Source: Eledone cirrhosa
Lineage: Eukaryota
Assembly (NCBI GenBank): GCA_964016885.1
Contig: OZ024743.1
Location: 377,952,001 to 378,016,000, forward strand
Direction: 5' to 3'
DNA: 64,000 bases
The translations under genes were made by a program, and so were the position numbers. Positions 1 through 10,944 of the stretch are shown one piece after another. The notes under the pieces are model-generated. The model ran no database searches and was not told the DNA's origin. It was given only the letters and a program-made list of their open reading frames with translations. Numbering within the stretch: the stretch's first letter is position 1; each line of letters begins with the position of its first letter.

Positions 1-429
1 ATATATCATCATCATCATCGTCATTGTTGTTTTAACATCCACTTTCCCTGCTAGCAAGTGTTGAACACACACACATATATATGTATATATAAACAAATTA
101 TCTCGAAAATAGAGTTTTGAGATGCAAGTGTATTAGGATTCTCAGGAAAATGGGAAAACTTGGCGTATGTAAGCTGTTAGAACAGCAAAATACCGTCGAA
201 GCAGTGTTGGGTGAAATATTACCACGAAGGACAGAGATCAGTGGCTTGATGCGAGTTGACTCAAAGAAAGGAAAAGAGGATAGGAAGTAGGAAAAAGAAT
301 GGATGAAAGTGAACAGGTCACAAACATATGCTCTTCAGATCTCAACCTCTTGCAGTTTCAACAAATCTTCCTTCATGTCAACTTACATCGAGCTGCATAT
401 ATATACATATATATATCTAATATAGAAAT

Positions 430-481
430 GGCTTCTACAGGACTAGAACTGTTTCACTTGAAGGAAATCACCAGGAAAGCC
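430..481 (-). ncRNA. Degenerate hammerhead-like motif beside (TA)n
   Basis: Minus strand reads GGCTTTC-CTGgTGA-12 nt-GAAACAG..CTGTA-GAAGCC. An internally deleted sibling at 4983-5017 retains CTGAT. Confidence 0.4.
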
Positions 482-670
482 GACTATCAGAAGAGATCAC
501 AGAATATATCATATAAGCAAATATTGCACCAAGAAAAATATAAACTTTGGCGAAGTTTATATATTTCTTGGTGCAATACTTGCTTATATATATATATACA
601 TATGCAGAGGTTATATTTAATTTTAAAATGTTTATAATTGATATAAAGCACTCAACAGATAGTGGAGTAA

Positions 671-1046
671 ATATACAATATATTAATAAATGGAAACTAT
701 ATTTATAAAACCATATTTATTTTATTATACATATTTCAAGGGCAACTAAGGCAAATTTTGGTGTGCTTTCATCAGATAAAATACAGATTTGTTTTATAAA
801 TAAATATTGACATACCCGGAAAAAAAGACAACCTTAATGGTTGGAGCTTCCTGGATAGCTATCAAGGAAGCTCTAACCGTTAAGGTTGTCTTTTTTTCCG
901 GGTATGTCAATATTTATTTATAAAACAAATCTGTATTTTATCTGATGAAAGCACACCATAATTTGCCTTGGTTGCCCTTGAAATATGTATAATAAAATAA
1001 ATATGGTTTTATAAATATAGTTTCCATTTATTAATATATTATATAT
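671..1046. repeat. Near-perfect loopless palindrome (~188-bp arms, centre 858/859) abutting (TA)n
   Basis: Arms read as reverse complements with only a few mismatches around the centre gatag|ctatc. Confidence 0.92.
934..999 (+). ncRNA. Candidate minimal type-I hammerhead ribozyme (mirror copy on the minus strand at ~718-783)
   Basis: Stem I TATTTTAT/ATAAAATA, CTGATGA at 942-948, stem II closed by AAG/CTT, GAAA at 980-983, short near-palindromic stem III, ATA cleavage triplet. Folded by eye in AT-rich sequence. Confidence 0.5.
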
Positions 1047-1285
1047 ATATATATATGTATGTTCTTCTGGTTTTATAATTTCACAAAGTTTTACCAATAG
1101 AGAGAGAGTCGGTTTCTAACATAGACACAAGGCTCTCTCATTGGAATTTACACAATATCAACTAGATAGATATGTATGTATGCATGTGTAGATATGGATG
1201 TTATTGTATGTGTGGATGTGGATGTTTTGAGTTGTATGTGTGCATGTGTATATGCTTTGCCTCTGTACATGTGTAAATGCAGTTA

Positions 1286-2415
1286 CTAGATGCAAAATTT
1301 TTGGAATGTTTTACATATTTTTACTGTTCCATTAATGGATTGTACTTGTAATTTCCTAACTAGTTGTGTTCTTTCTGTTCCTGTGAAGCCTAGCTTCTCA
1401 AGATTTGTATTGAGGCAGTTACTAACATACCCCAGTGCCCCAATAATCACAGGCATAAATCTGAAGGTGTAATCAGGGTGGAGTATCTGCAGATTTCTCA
1501 TCAGTTTTGCATAAATATTCTCCTTTTCACTAATCTTTGATATTATATTGGCATCTGCTGGGCAGCTAATTTCCACTACTGAGCATGCTTTCTTCTCCCT
1601 GTCCCATATCATAATATCTGGTCTGTTATGCCTGCATTTTATTGGGGTTTTTACTAGAACATTCCACCAGTACTCTTTCATATTATGTACATGGATGTCT
1701 TCCACATTGCTGTAGCTTTTAATGTGTTTATTATCGGGGCTATCTTTTTTACGAACTGCATTGTACAGTGTTTTGGCCACTACATCATGCCTCATAGGTA
1801 GATAGTACCGCGATGACATCTTTGGACAGCTGCTGATGACATGGGTGATATCCTCGATGTTAGTTCACAGTCTACACTTGTTATCACATCTAGGTGTTTT
1901 GCCTGTATCCCTATCTCTTTTGTGAATCAGGTATTTCGTGTTCTTGGATTGCAAAAGCATATCCTTCAAAGTGGGAGCCAATATAGCGGTTGTTGGTCCA
2001 AGATAGACTACTTTCCTTATCTATATTACTCTCACTCTGGAGCTTCCTTGCAACATACCCATGCATGATTTTTTGCTGATAAGCATGCAGTTTTTCATCC
2101 ATGGATTCACTGCGATACTGCTGAGCGACATCCCTGGGTGTGAGTTTTTGATTATCACACAGGGAATATCTCTCAAGGAGTTCCTTCCCAACTCTCATGA
2201 GCTTATCTGTTTCATGCAGATAGACTTGCTCGAGAAGCGGGCTCCTACGCTTCGAGGTTCGTAGATGTGGTCGGAGAGATATGATGCAACATTAAAATGT
2301 TGTCTGGACTGATGTTAGGCCCCTGCCTTCCTGCTTACGTTTCAAGTAAAGGCGGTCTATGTCACTGTTGATGTGGAAGTTTCCAGTGTTGTTTAGTATT
2401 TTTCGAGTTCCAACA
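1286..2415 (-). mobile_element. 5'-truncated, decayed R4/Dong-like (restriction-like endonuclease) non-LTR retrotransposon
   Basis: Degenerate CCHC knuckle (CRL*..EDITHVISSC), RHDxV motif and NRPDIMI..VVEISCP endonuclease motif; stops and frameshifts upstream. Confidence 0.85.
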
Positions 2416-2880
2416 TCAACTGCTCGGATTTTGTCTATCGTCCAATTGTATGTATGTATGTATGTATGTTTTTAGTCCTGCAGGATGTCCAAAATCACCA
2501 TCCTCACCAAGAAACCTTGGTGAGGTTGCCAGTTTAGTCGCCAACGACCCGACCATAGTGCCTTTGCTCACTATAAAAGCTTCACGGCACAGGCATTGCT
2601 TTATATCTGGAGATCTCTCTGCACTTGTCACATGGTAACATGGGCCCAGCACTATGTGTCAATAATTGACACAGATGTAGTGTTTGTACCAGAGTTTTCA
2701 AGTCGCTGGCTGGACTAAAAAGTCACACTTGTTCAGCGCATCGGTAGGGGTTCTCCTACATGGATATAAAGTAGTGGCCGTACTCGAAAACGAGTTGGCA
2801 GCCACCATGTATGTATGTGTGTGTGTGTGTGTGTGTGTATGTGTGTGTGTGTTTGCATGTATATATGTATGTAGGTATAC

Positions 2881-2911
<31 letters not shown>

Positions 2912-2914
2912 GTG

Positions 2915-3060
2915 CATGGAGGCACATGGCTTAGTGGTTAGAGCATTGGGCTTGCAATCGAAAGGTTGTGAGTTCAATTCTCAGACCGGGTGATGTGTTG
3001 TTTCCTTGAGAAAGACACTTTATTTCACATTGCTCCAGTTTACTCAGCTGTAGAAATGAG
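2915..3060 (+). mobile_element. tRNA-derived SINE head (family A), fused here to an RTE 3'UTR; further copies at ~11213-11535, ~43905-44170 and ~52615-52905
   Basis: A box (tggcttagtggttagagc), B box (gagttcaattc) and shared body gtgtccttgagcaagacactttatttcacattgctccag. Confidence 0.8.
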
Positions 3061-4133
3061 ATGATAGGGACTGGGTTCCCTATCATTCCACTGCAAAGTG
3101 GTCGTGGAGGTGCCACGGCAAAAAAGCACCCAGCACTCACTGTAAATGAGGTTGGTGTTAGGAAGGGCATCCAGCTGTAGAAATGAAGCCAGAATCAGTT
3201 CCCGTCCCACCCTTGCAAGCAGGGAAAAGTGGACGTAAAATGAAATGATGATGATGATGATGATATATATAGGAGACCCAGGGAGACTTGGGATGAGGTG
3301 ATAAAAGCCAACCTTGCCCAATTGCACCTCTTAAAGATGATGATACATGACCGAGATCTCTGGCGATACACAGTAATACAGAAGACCCGACTTCCCATGA
3401 GCACAAGCCGAAGCATATATACAGTGTGCCCCCTCCCACTTCCCATACACCTCCATGAGGACAGGCCAAAGTAAATGCATCCAGTGAAGCCCTCAGCTCA
3501 CACTGTAAAGATGTCATGATGGTGACACGGCAAGAAGTGCCCAGCCCACATTGTAAAGTGGTCATGTAGGTGTCATGACAAAAAGCACCCAGCCCACACT
3601 GTAGTGGTCATGTAAGAGACACAGTAGAAAACCAGCCAGAAAGTCTTATGAGCGAGACATGGTCCCCTGACCCAACTTGCCTCTTTATGGAACAAACCTG
3701 TCCAACCCATGTTAGCTTGGAAGATGGACGTTAAACAATGATGATGATATATATATATATATGTAAACAATCCTATTTCTGGAAGTGAATTATACGTTTA
3801 AATGTATGTTATCTTTTTTTTTTGTTGATTTAATTTTTATTTTTTTATTTCACAGCTTCACCAAAATTAGTCAAACAAAACCAGTTGAGCATATTATCCT
3901 TTAGAGCTGGGGTAAAAGTGGATAGTGTCACCTATGATATGTTTAAATTGATTAAATAAATCAAATAAATATACAAATATAGGAAGAGGAGAATAAGAGA
4001 GAACAATGCAACAGCTGATAATGATTCTTGTATATACATGTTTTATTTTTGTAATATTTTCACATACATATATATATCAGATTGAAAATCATTGATATAA
4101 AGTGACTTCTTAAATAGAATGTTCAGAATATTA

Positions 4134-4314
4134 TTAACCCTTTAGCATTTAAATTGCTCTATATATACTATTGCATTTTTGTGGTTAAGCCTTTATCTTA
4201 TATAATCATCTCGCATAATATTGAGATTTTGATGTTATTTATTTTGAGAACAATACATTAACATCAGTTATGAGCAGCAACTGGATATAGCTGGTTTAAA
4301 TGCCAAAGGGTTAA
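4134..4314. mobile_element. piggyBac-type MITE; related copies at ~24290-24520, 25350-25560, 34198-35822 (interrupted by RTE), 49201-49414 and 56225-56392
   Basis: TTAA-CCCTTTAGCATTTAAA ... TTTAAATGCCAAAGGG-TTAA terminal inverted repeats with TTAA target sites. Confidence 0.82.
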
Positions 4315-5290
4315 AGGAATTTGAATATTGTTTAATAGAGTTGAATATCACAAGTTTAACCCTTTTATAATGAAAAGTTTTTTGAGGATTTATTAAGATT
4401 ATTAAGTATTTCATTACTAAGTTGATACTTTAACATATGGTTCTTATATAAAATTATTTAGAAAGACTCTTTAATTACCATATTTCCAATGACACACTCT
4501 ATTTCAATTAATTAATTAAGAATTTTGCATTTTATCACTAACTTAGTAACTTAACTTATTATCTTATAAAAAATGACGTTGAAAGATTTAAATTTAAATA
4601 GAAACCCTTTAAAATGGGTTATTTTATTTCATAGAACCAGAACTGGATTTTATAGCAAAAGGGTTAAATGGTAATATATTATGTTTATAAATAATGCAAA
4701 ATCACAAAATCAATATCAATATAAAATGTATGGTTTAATCCTTTGAAAAATGTCTGAATTGTCAAACAAAGCAGCATGCTCAAGACGAGGGTAGGGCTAT
4801 TATCTGTTCATTGAACTACATGTAAGGTGGTGGTATTAGCTTCTGCTACCACCCCTCCAAGTGAGTGGTACAGCTTTGCTTAATTGTAAAATATACAATA
4901 TTAATCAAATGAGTCAGAAGGACCACAATTCAATAGATGTGTAGAATGTAGTGTGTGTGTGTATATATATATATAAGATTTAATATAGAAATGGCTTCTA
5001 CAAAATCAGGAAAGCCCTTTTATATATATATATATATATATAAATTCATAATAGGGAGTGCACAGGACAAAGACAATAGAAAATAAATCAACAGAAAGAT
5101 GGACAGTCCCATCTCCTCAGTCAACCTCTGGAAATCAATACGGTTTTGATACATTAAGGTTGATACCGTTTATTCCACTGCACATTGGGACAATATATAT
5201 ATAAATATATGTGTGTTTGATGGTAGCTATGATGCTTCCATAGGCAGTATGCCGGGTGAGCACTCTATGTTCTTACAGAGCAGAGTTTGA

Positions 5291-5533
5291 TATAATATAA
5301 AACGAAAAATCAGTGATGCATCTGGACTCAATTTATTGTGTGTTACAAATGTTTCGCCGGCAGACAGCTCGAGACACGATCATTGTATGGATCTGTCTGA
5401 TTCTGGAACTGCAGGTTCGTCAGACACTCAGACAGATCCATACAATGATCGTGTCTCGAGCTGTCTGCCGGCGAAACATTTGTAACACACAATAAATTGA
5501 GTCCAGATGCATCACTGATTTTTCGTTTTATAT

Positions 5534-5537
<4 letters not shown>
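5291..5537. repeat. Inverted repeat with 110-bp arms (5291-5400 / 5428-5537) and a 27-nt loop, followed by (TA)n
   Basis: Arms appear to be exact reverse complements. Confidence 0.93.
5337..5430 (-). ncRNA. Candidate type-I hammerhead ribozyme with extended stem II
   Basis: Minus strand reads tgaGTGT-CTGACGA-aCC..CAGACAG..CTGTCTG..GGc-GAAAC-attt-GTA-ACACaca. Confidence 0.55.
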
Positions 5538-5571
<34 letters not shown>

Positions 5572-5599
5572 TGTATGTATGTATATATATATATAAACC

Positions 5600-5633
<34 letters not shown>

Positions 5634-6268
5634 GTATAAATATATTAATTATATATATATATATATATATATAAATGGTCTCTTCCCATCCTCATTGCCA
5701 AGGGTTGGGGACCATGGACAATAACACCAATGCTAATCTATATAATGTTTATCTCTATAATCCTCATCAGGAACAAAAATGATGTTAATGGATCCAAAAT
5801 CTTCATCTGATAATTACTCAGAAGCTAGCTACTGAGCTGCAGCTCATCTAACTATGGAGACCCATTTACCCCGGTTTTCTCCTAGACAATTTGCCAACTA
5901 AGGCTAAGGAGCTCTGTCTACCTGTTGTTTTTTTACACACTATTAGATGGTTACCTTTTGATAGGTTTTCCATCCCACAGGGTGTTTAAAAGTCACCCTG
6001 CTAACCATGTAAGGTCGGTGGGGTTGGCGGTTTAGTCGCTGACAACCTGACTAGGTGATAGGTTGTATTAGGCTACATGCACACGCACGCATATATAATA
6101 TATCCTTATATAGCTGGCAACCGAACCCCTCAAGTTGAACCTAGATCTTGTCAACATACATTTCAAAGATGTTGAACTGACGAGTTATGGAAATAATTCC
6201 ACATTGAAATACGTGTATTCAAAATATTGTGAATTTAACCAAATTTTGTATAGCTAATTATTTTCCAA

Positions 6269-6269
<1 letters not shown>

Positions 6270-6337
<68 letters not shown>
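6270..6337. repeat. (GA)n microsatellite; many other (TA)n, (CA)n, (GA)n and (GAT)n tracts occur throughout
   Basis: Direct reading. Confidence 0.95.
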
Positions 6338-6339
<2 letters not shown>

Positions 6340-6876
6340 AGAAAGAATTGACCCCACTACTTGACTGGAACTTTTTTTTATCAACCTTGAAAGAATGAAA
6401 AGCAAAGTTGACCATGGTGGGATTTGAACTCAGAGCACAGAGAGATAGAACAAATACTGCACTTCATTCTATCTGATGTTTTGACTGCCAATTTGACAAC
6501 AATTTCACATGGTTATTATAATATTTTATTAAGAAAATTGACTTTGGAAACAATTCATTTATAAAATATTTTTCAATGAAATTAATATTTCAAAATGGTG
6601 AATAAATACATTTCAATTCTAATCTTATAATAAAAACATCTTAACATTTTGTTGACATCATAGAAAAAATTTAAACCAAAGAAGCAATCCTGTAAAATGG
6701 ATTTGTGTCAGAAAGGAATATCATAAGTTTAACATCATGCATGTATGGATACACATAACTCCTTGGTGGAGGGGAGTTGTAGGGGTGCCAATGTGACATA
6801 TGGCGTACCTTGGGCACTTTAAACCTGGTCGAGCCCAGCCCTTCTTCAGGTCTCTGAACACAGATGATTTCTTTCA

Positions 6877-6929
<53 letters not shown>

Positions 6930-7610
6930 TACTGATTTCTTTCAAGGAGAGAGTGAGAGCAGGGGGAAGGAAGAGAAAGAGGGAGAAGGAAGAGATAGGG
7001 GGAGAAGGAGGAGAGAGAGAGGAGAGATAAAGTGAAGAAGAGAGAGAGGGAATCACTACTGGACTGATACCTTTTTTATTAACCTTGAAAGTCTGAAAGT
7101 CAAAGTTGACCTCAGCAGATAGCCAGAACAAATAGATAGAATACTGCAAATCATTTTATTAATTCTGCATTAAGATAATAGATAGTTTTAAGTTGATTAA
7201 AATTTTAAGACCTATATATATATATATTAATATATTATATTGTTGGGGTGGGGTAATGTGATCATCAGTTAACTTGGAAGTAAACACTGGATTGACCATT
7301 GAAAATTTATGGAACCAGTTCTATATAGATGTTTCAAATTATACCTGTCATATAAAGGATAATCAGGTCTTTCTATAAGTATATTTTAAGATGTTATTAA
7401 ATCCTAATGAATTGGAGACACCAAACAGTTTAATTCTTTCATTACCATATTTTTAATGAAAAATACATTGCATGAGTTTCAAATCGTTTGGAAAATAAAA
7501 AAGAATTCAGTGAGATTTAGTAATATAACTAACTTTATTAAGCTACTGTTTGGGGCATAACTTAACCCTTTCATTACTATATTTCTGATGAAAAACACTA
7601 CCTATGATTT

Positions 7611-7857
7611 CATCATCATCACCGTTTAACGTCCATTTTTCCATGCTAGCATGAGTTAGATGAGTTGTCCAGGTGACCATGCTTTGCTCACACAGAACTG
7701 CTTTTGGCTTGGTTTCTATGGCTGGATGCCCTTCCTGATGCCAACCTCATTTACAGTGAGTACTGGATGCCCTTCCTAATGCCAACCACATTTACAGTGT
7801 GTGCTGGGTGCTTTTTGTCATGACATCTACACTACCACTTTACAGTGTAGGCTGGGT
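7611..7857 (-). mobile_element. RTE 3'UTR-derived short repeat with (GAT)n tail; many relatives (e.g. 3085-3750, 12430-12805, 13370-13675, 25100-25345, 37280-37470)
   Basis: Shares cacccagc..actgtaaagtgg, ggaagggcatccagc and catgctagc..ggaaaatggacgttaaa with the 3'UTR of the RTE at 35357-35652. Confidence 0.8.
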
Positions 7858-10476
7858 TAGTAATATAATTAACTTTCTCAATATTAAGCTACAGTTTGGG
7901 GCATAACTTAACCCTTTTATTACTATATTTCTAATGAAAATCACTACCTATGATTTTCAAATCATTTTGAAAATAATCAAGAATTTGGAGGGATTTAATA
8001 ATATAACTAACTTTCTCATTATTAAGCTAGTGTTTGGTTTTTAGATAAATATAAACACTTTAATATATGCAGCTGAGTATCATAGAACCATGTTGGTTTC
8101 ATATCAAAATGGTTACTATAAGAAAATATCACAGAATAGACTTAAAAGGTCGAGTGCCAAAGCATGATGGTTTATGGTGTGTCATTACATCTCATATTTC
8201 TGAGTTTGTCTCATTTTATTGGGATAGAAAATAAAATACTAGGTAGGTAGAGTCTAAATGTGAATCAAAGACTCATTCATAACAAGAAAAAGGTCAAAAT
8301 TTCAGAAAAATAGCCACAAAAACACAGAAAAAGCAAAGCAAAGCAAAAGTAAAAAATAAATTACAATTTAGTGTAAAATTTATAAAAGAATTTAAGATCA
8401 CAAATAAGTTATTTTAAAGTCGCCCAAAATAATTTATTCTCTATTAAATGTTCTATAAAATGATTTATTAAACTTTAAAAATTCCAATAACCTTTTCACT
8501 AATGCTATAATGAAAGATTTAAGTTTCAAACCAGAAATGTTATATATGATTAATAAAATAATAAGTGCAATTAATCTACACAGTACAATTTTGAAGTGGA
8601 CTTTAGAATTATATATGGAAAAACATAATTGTTTCTACTTCAGGCACAAGGCCAGCAATTTGAAGAGGGAGGAGAAAGTCGATTAAATCGACCCATGTAT
8701 TACTGGTGCTTTATTTATCGACTCCGTAAGGATGTAAAGCAAAACTAACCTCAGTGGGATTTGAACTCAGAATGTAAAGGTCCATAACTTCATGCTGCAA
8801 AGCATGTTGTCTGACACTCTACCGATACTGCCAATAATAATGATTATATTAAATGCTATAAAGCATATTTAAGTTTAAAAGATATTTAATCTAGCATGAA
8901 CCCGTAACTCCTAATGGAGCTGTAGGGTGCCATTATGACATACAGCATATAGAGGGCAATTAAAACCCAGTGCAGCTCATTCGCTCTCCAGATTTGAACA
9001 GAGCCAATTTCTTCCAGAGAAGGAGAAAGGGAGAAAGAGATATAGAGGAAGAAATGACCCGTGCTGGACTGGTACTTTTGATCAACCTCGAAGGGATGAA
9101 AGGCAAAATTGACTGTGGTGATAATTAAACTCACAGGACACAGAGAGTCATAACAAATACTGCAAAGCATTTTATCTGACATTCTAAGAACTCTGCCAAT
9201 TCACTCCTCTTATTTAGTTGTGCTGTATGATCACTTTTGGGTTATATAATACTAAATTGTTCGGGGTATTTATAGGATATAAATAAGCTTTCATATTCTG
9301 AATTATATGGTGGAGCCTTCATGAGTTTTACTGTTGAACATAGGGTTGTTTCATCAACTGAGCCCTCAACTTGGGAATTAACATGTAGGTGGTTGAGTAT
9401 TCCACCAACATATGTATCCATAACATAATTTTGAGGCAGAATCAGCATAATACACTATGTAAAAGGTCAAACCTTTGAATTAAAGATACAATCAATCTGA
9501 CGGGTTTCTATGCAGTTTCTGTCTACCCAGTTTCACTCACAAGGCTATGCAAGACTATGGTAAAAATACTTGTCCAATATGTCACAGTGAGACTGAACCC
9601 AGAACCACATGTTAGCGAAAAGAATCCCTCAATAGTTCAGCCATGATGGCATCCACTGAACTTATATATAATAATGATGGAAAAAAAAAAAAAAAAAAAA
9701 AAAAAGGACCGGCATTAATTCCATTTTCAATGTAACAAATATGGATTTTTCTACATTTGTAATGGACAGGTATAGTTAAATGAACCAACCCCAACACCTG
9801 TATATCCCCTGTACATATTCCATTGGCCCAAATGGGATGAACAGTAACTTCAACTCTGATAGCTGAACTCTGTTCAGATTGGGTCATTACAATTTCTAGT
9901 AACTTACCACAATTAGAGTTAACATCTATTAAGAAATAAAATTACATCTTTTTTTATTTTCAAGAAATAACTTTATTCATTTTTATATAGTTTTATAAAA
10001 AATACATTTCAGAAAAACAAAACAAAACAGAAAAAAATCTATTCTAAGTAGTTAAGTTATAGAATTTAGAAAAAAATATCTTAAAGATAATATTAATATT
10101 TTATTTATTTATAGAGTCAACACCATTGATCTTAGTATATCACTGGAATGTATATTTTATTAACCATGAATGGATGGAAATGCAAACTCATTACAAAGTT
10201 AATATTGCAAATGTTTTATTTCTACATTGGTTAAAATAAAGCATAACAAAATAAAATTAGAAGCATTATAAATGTAAATATATAAGCATATATAAACCAA
10301 CAAGTTATGAAAATAAAATGAGATTTTCAATAAAGTTATCACACAGCAAAATAAAACAAATAACCCCGACTACTACCTAAAGGATCTTCGAACAATTATA
10401 TATATATATGTTTGTTTATATGAATTTAGATGCTTTGTAAATGTATCTGGTTTCTTATAAGGAGTTTTTAAAAGAG

Positions 10477-10944
10477 TTAACAACCACAGCCATTATTGTT
10501 ATTTCCATCATCAGAACCACAATCAACATTAGTGATCTGTGAATTTTCTGAAGGGAATCGTGGAATATAGCTGGGCATCATTGGTTTAGAGTTCTTCAGT
10601 TTATGAGCTAATGTCATAAAAATAGCTTCTACATGGTTAGCTTTCTCATCATCTTTCGCCGAAGTTTCAAACAGTGGCATATTGTGAGAATCAGCAAATT
10701 TCTGGGCTGCATTAGTATTGACAGCAATTCTGTCAATTACATCGCATTTGTTGCCAACCAAAATTCTTGGAATGTCTTTATTTAAGTTATGACGATCACA
10801 TTCTTCAATCCAATTTGGCATGTTTTCAAAAGAGCTGATTTTTGTGACATCATACACAAAGACGACAGCATGCACATTTCTATAATAGTGTTGCACCATA
10901 CTTTTTCGAAACCTTTCTTGTCCTGCTGTGTCCCAAAGTTGTAA
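10477..10944 (-). CDS. RAB33: Rab33 small GTPase, last coding exon ([32 protein letters not shown]...GNKCD...FETSAK...GCGC*)
   Basis: tttag acceptor at 10946-10945, phase 0. G3 (WDTAGQE), G4 (NKCD) and G5 (ETSAK) motifs, the Rab33-typical [18 protein letters not shown] segment, and a C-terminal CXC prenylation motif. Confidence 0.96.
   Translation of the reverse strand, partial: LQLWDTAGQERFRKSMVQHYYRNVHAVVFVYDVTKISSFENMPNWIEECDRHNLNKDIPRILVGNKCDVIDRIAVNTNAAQKFADSHNMPLFETSAKDDEKANHVEAIFMTLAHKLKNSKPMMPSYIPRFPSENSQITNVDCGSDDGNNNNGCGC

Noticed and set aside
2915-2990. tRNA gene
   Set aside because: The A/B boxes continue into a body repeated at several loci and no proper acceptor stem forms; it is a SINE head.
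2684-2993. Short ORFs rich in YI/HT/CV dipeptides (also ER runs near 6800-7150)
   Set aside because: They are translations of microsatellites.
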